From assembly GCF_009914755.1 (NCBI RefSeq), contig NC_060935.1: 64,000 nt of DNA. One strand, written 5' to 3'. Made by a program: the position numbers and the translations under genes. This DNA is from the human T2T-CHM13v2.0 reference genome, Homo sapiens. This document shows, in pieces, positions 59,040-64,000 of this stretch (the stretch's first letter is position 1; the number at the start of each line of letters is the position of its first letter). The notes beneath the pieces were generated by a model, which ran no database searches, was not told the DNA's origin, and saw only the letters and a program-made list of their open reading frames with translations.

Positions 59040-61690
59040 GTTTTAACAGAAAAGCAGCTCTAAGGTATATTTCTCAGAGTGAAATTAATAGGTCATAGAG
59101 CAGGCACATTTTTACCTTTCCCAGATGTTATTAAAATGCTTCTCAAAGTGGATATACCAATTTATACTCTGGAGTCATGCAATGCAGCCTGGCCTACCAG
59201 TGCTCTCTGAGAGTTCTCATTCCCTCATATTCAACTAAAACTTAGTATTGTTAAATTTTAAATTCAGGCAGTTTGATAGTTTTAAAATATCTTGTTTTCC
59301 TTTTCATGTATATGCCCTTAATTATTAGTGGAGTAGCATTTCATATATTTATTAGTTATTCCACTTCAATTTTCTGTAATTTTCTGTAATTTGTCTGCTC
59401 ACATCCTCTGCTTATTTTTACCGAATTCTTTGTCATTTTTATTGGAGTTTCTTATGTATTCTCGATACTAATAGTCTTATTCCACAAGGGTATAATGCTT
59501 TCTTTGATTTTATACCAAGATTTCATTCATGTAAATCCTATGGTTTAAGTGTACCAAAAAATAGAACAATGGGTGCAGCTTTTCCTAGCAGGAGGCAGGA
59601 AGACGATACATTATTGATGTAATTTTAAAACAATAATTTAAAATATTTTTAAAACAATTATAATTTTTAAAAAAAAATTTATTTGAAAGAATTTGATAAA
59701 TTTGTGCATCTGTGAATATACATGAAAGTACCTCATTGCTTAAATTCTAAAATTCCTAATAAGTATGATGTCTGAGAAGACAAATTTCCCTTCCCTGTTT
59801 TTCTTAAATAAGTCTTATTCTTGACCTTTTACTCATCTATACTGATTTTGGCATCAGTTTCTCTAGGTCCACAAAAATAATGCTTGTTGAGGTTTTGATT
59901 GCATTGAATGTAGAATTTGGATAATTGTTCTCTTCTCATTTATCAAGTATTTTCATCCATGGATCATTTATCTTTTCTTTTTTTTCTGTTTTCTTCAATG
60001 CCCGTGGTATTATTTTCTTTCTTTCTCCAAAATAAGTCCCAGTGCCTTGTTATAGAAATTCTTTAACTCCATAGCCTTTCTGTTATTATAAATGGGATTT
60101 TTCCTATTATTTATTATTAGTGGCATATAGGATTGCCATTGATATTTGTATAATGAGTTTATGCCAGAAACATTGCTGAACTCTATTTCTGAAGTTTGTC
60201 TACACATTCCACTGTGTCTGAACTGTATCTTCCTTTCAGTTCTGTGTTTTTATTTTTCTTGTCTAACTGCAATGCCTAACTACTTCATTACCATTAATAG
60301 TAATGGTAATAGCAGGCCATTTTCTGATTTTAAAGAAAATGCTTCTTATGTTTCACCATTGAAAATGACCATTGCTATAGACTATGTTAAATACTCATTA
60401 TCAGGTTAAGGATATTTCCTTCTAACCCAGATTTGTTAAGACTTTTATTATTAATAGATTTTGAAATGATTGTTTTTATATATGTATTAAAATAAGATAA
60501 TGTTAAGGTAGAAAGTTAAAATACTAAATTTTCTTACATTAATAATATTTCTGTATTCTGTCTTATTTGGTTTGGGCTGCTATAACAAAATACCATAGAT
60601 GGGTGGCTTATAAACAACAGAAATTTATTTCTCACAATTCTGGAGTCTGGAAGTAATGATTAAGGTACCAGCATGGTAGGGTTCCAATGAGGGCTCCCCT
60701 TCTGGGTTGCAGACTACCAACTTCTAGTATTATCACAAGTTGGAAAGAAGGTGAGAGAGTTCTCCAGAATCCTAATCTCATCCATAAGGATTCCACCCTT
60801 ATGACCTAATTACCTTCCAAAGGCCCCTTCTCTTAACACCATCACATTGGGGTTAGAATTTTAACATACAAATTTGGGGGGAACACAAACATTCAGTCTA
60901 TTACCCACTCCTTGTATAAACCCAATTTCAATATATTTTTACTTTTTTTAGGATTTTACATCTATGCTTGTTGAGTGAGTTTGAACTGTATTTTTCTTAC
61001 TTGCACTCTACTTGTTTAGTTCTGCCCTGAAGATTTTATGAGTCTGATAAAAAACAATAAGGAGTGTTCACATATTTTTATTCACTAAAAGTATTTACAT
61101 TACACTGAGATTTTTTTTTTTCTTAAAGTTTAGTAGAACACTTCTGTTCATGTTAAAATTAACTTTTAAAAATATCAAAATATATGCTTTTGTGCAATCT
61201 TTTTCATTATTGATGTATAACTTAATGGCTTTAGGGTCAGAAAATACAAATATCACACCAATATTTTTGTTTCCTACACTTTGTTTCCATAAAGCAAGCT
61301 TTATGGCACAGAACATGACATATAGTTTTTTGTTATATTTAAGAAAAATGTGTGAAATATTCTTGGGTTAAATGTTTTTTCTACATCTTTTAAAGTTTTT
61401 TGATCTAATTTTCTTTACACTTATGAATGATTCTATCTACTTTATCTATCCATCACCTGAGAGAGCTATGCTTAAATATCCCAATATTAGAAAACAAATG
61501 GTAGATTTATTTTATCTTTATATACCTGTCAATTTTTGCTTTCTATATTTGGAAACTACATTACTTGGTGCATATCATTTAAAATTGATGGTGTTTCCCA
61601 GTGATACAATCCTTCCAAATAATGTTTTTACTTTAAAGGCTGTTGTCCTTTAGTTTACGTACCCCATCTTTCTTTTGCATAGTGTATTTT
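59040..61690 (-). mobile_element. Ancient L1ME/L1M5 antisense remnant
   Basis: Degenerate ORF2-antisense sequence (ttgattgcattgaat, tttcaccattg, gttaaggatatttccttcta). Confidence 0.65.
60559..60905 (-). mobile_element. MLT1A-type MaLR LTR nested in L1M
   Basis: tgtcttatttggtttgggctgctataacaaaataccataga...acacaaacattcagtcta. Confidence 0.85.
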
Positions 61691-63184
61691 AGAGCATTAC
61701 AGTTATGCTCCGTATCTAGACTCACAGGTGAAGCATGTTAACCCAATAAAACATCTAATTACGATTCTAGAAAGATAATAAGACTTTATGAATCTCAACT
61801 GCCTCATTTTCATAATGAGGGCTCTGACTGTGATGATCTTTAACGTCCTTACAACTCTGACGTTCTATGATCGTCCCCCTTATCTATGCCAAAGTCCTAC
61901 ATTTACTCTAACTTACATTTTGCCACCCTATGAAATAGCATAAATATGCATCTATTTCAGGTAATTCTATATCCCAAAATGGAAAGGAAGATCAGAAGGT
62001 CCATGCTATTCTTTTGAAATTATTTAAAAAAAAAAAAACAGGAACTTTTGTTTTGTGTGAATTTCTTTTTACAACTGTGATTTCATCATAGTCCTGCTAA
62101 CAAAATACTCAAGCCAAAATCTGCTTTGGATGTTAGTATCTTCTACATAATTTTTGGGTGATCTAACAGCTAACTAGAAACAAGGAGAAGACAGTTCAAG
62201 GAGAGGAAAACAAGAGCAGAGATAATGCATTTATCTCAGCAGGAAAAGGAAATTTATAATAATTTGTACATGTTACCTGTATCCAAGCCAGACACATTTT
62301 ATTCAAAGGCTGTTGGCCCAGCAGCCTTATCATCAAATATGACAGAACATAGTAAATAACTATTAATACTATTTTGTCTATCACAAAGTGTAGCAGAAAT
62401 TTAAAGCCAGAAAGGACATTAGAAGTCATCAATTCTACATTTCTTCTTTTTAGAATAGAAAATTACGTCTCAAGGAGTGATTTACCGTATTACCTGTTTT
62501 ACCATAGTATGCTTCTGATAAACACGTATTAATTACTAACTTCTTATAGTTAGAACCTACCAGAGATATCTGATCATAAGTCTATGTAAATGTACAACTC
62601 CCTTTTTACTACCTTAGTTACATTGTATGTTTTGCATTATAAGAACTTCATAATTTTTAATAATGTATTATATATATCTTAAGGAAGACTAAAAAATTAT
62701 GTTGAGACAGAAGAAATACTTTGACTCAGAGATTTGAAAATGATTTTTTATATTAATTTGGAAATGTTTCTTCTTAAGTCAGCTGCTCTCCTTGGGGCTG
62801 ACAGACATTGGGTATTTGTTCATTATAATTGGGTATATAAATTCAATATATATAATTAACAATTATGACTAAAAATAACTCACGAATTTATCTACATTGA
62901 CCCTACTCCAGCTGGATTACCACCAAAATACTTTTTCAAGACCTTATTGGTTCAAGGATTTGGGGAATACATATTGTTGGCATTGAGTTCCATGGCTTGA
63001 AAAATCATTCCTACTAGCTTAGAATAAGGTTGGAATTATAAGATAACCAGAACTTTTAAAAAATCCACAATAAAGTCACCACATAGAAGAAGATAGTTAT
63101 GAAAATACTAAATTCTGGAAGCTTCTTCAGATAGTCCTATTTCTTGCAGTACATAGTACTTCATAGTTCCTCAAGGTCCTCTAG

Positions 63185-63378
63185 GCCAGAAGTTCACCAA
63201 GTGTGATCTCAAAGCCAGAATCATCAGACTCACCTGGAATCATTTTAGAAAAGCAAATACTCAGCAGGCCTAGAGCTACTCAATAAGAAACTCTGTGCAG
63301 AAGGTAAGGAGATCCATCAACCTGTGTTTTAACAATCTTCCAAGTGACTCTAATGTACACTCATGTTTGAGAACCATT
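63185..63378. mobile_element. MER5A hAT DNA transposon
   Basis: catcagactcacctgg...agaaaagcaaatactcag...tgtgttttaacaa...tttgagaacca. Confidence 0.75.
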
Positions 63379-64000
63379 AAACTAGGCCATCTCCCACACT
63401 CTCTGTCTGCATTTTTTAAATGGGGAAAATAAAATACAGAAAATAACTACAATCCTTATGTCTTGAATATTGTGATTCTCTGGGTTTTCTCAGATCACAC
63501 AAATAGTAACAAATCCAAGATGAGAAGATGTAACTCCTAACTTATGTAAAACTAAGGTTAGAATGATAAAATTTTAGAGGCCAAAGAGACTTTGAAATTG
63601 AATCGATGTATTTTATGCTCTCATGTACTTCTAAATAGTTATTACTCTTAGGATTTCTTATTTGCTGTCTGATTCTTCTACTGAATTGAATCTCCATGAA
63701 GCAATAGACTATACTTTTTTGATCATTATTAGTTATACAATGCCTTTACAGTAATTTCAATGTAGTAGCTGTTTAATAAATATCTACTGACCTAATGATT
63801 ATTGACTATATAGACATAAACATACATTATATAGATCCAGAAACTGATAATAACACCGAATTTCAATTACATCCTCTTTCTAATCTGGTAAATTTTTAAC
63901 AAAATCCATCTTCTCTGCTGATCCATATACATACATAAATTGACAGGTTTAGAAAGAGTTACTGGAATGTGGAGAGGGATGTTTACATATTCAGAAGGAT

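Overview
Primate (most likely human or great-ape) AT-rich genomic DNA dominated by interspersed repeats: a 5'-truncated young L1PA, an old near-full-length L1PB/L1PA13-16-type element, a rearranged L1MA, a complete THE1A retrotransposon, several Alus, MaLR/ERV LTRs, MER DNA transposons, MIR and L2. No intact cellular protein-coding gene is evident; the long ORFs in the track are L1 ORF2 or other repeat-derived frames. The main observation lies in the non-repeat islands between the repeats, from about 43.4 kb down to the left window edge. They carry a colinear series of minus-strand AG...GT-bounded segments whose broken translations read, in order, as a signal peptide, repeated plexin-like PSI/IPT(TIG) modules, a PKD-like beta module and the start of a polycystin-1-family REJ domain. 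I interpret this as a heavily decayed, multi-exon, possibly unitary pseudogene for a cell-surface receptor with an unusual plexin-stalk plus REJ architecture, continuing beyond position 1. Domain and repeat-subfamily assignments come from by-eye translation and recalled motifs, not database searches.
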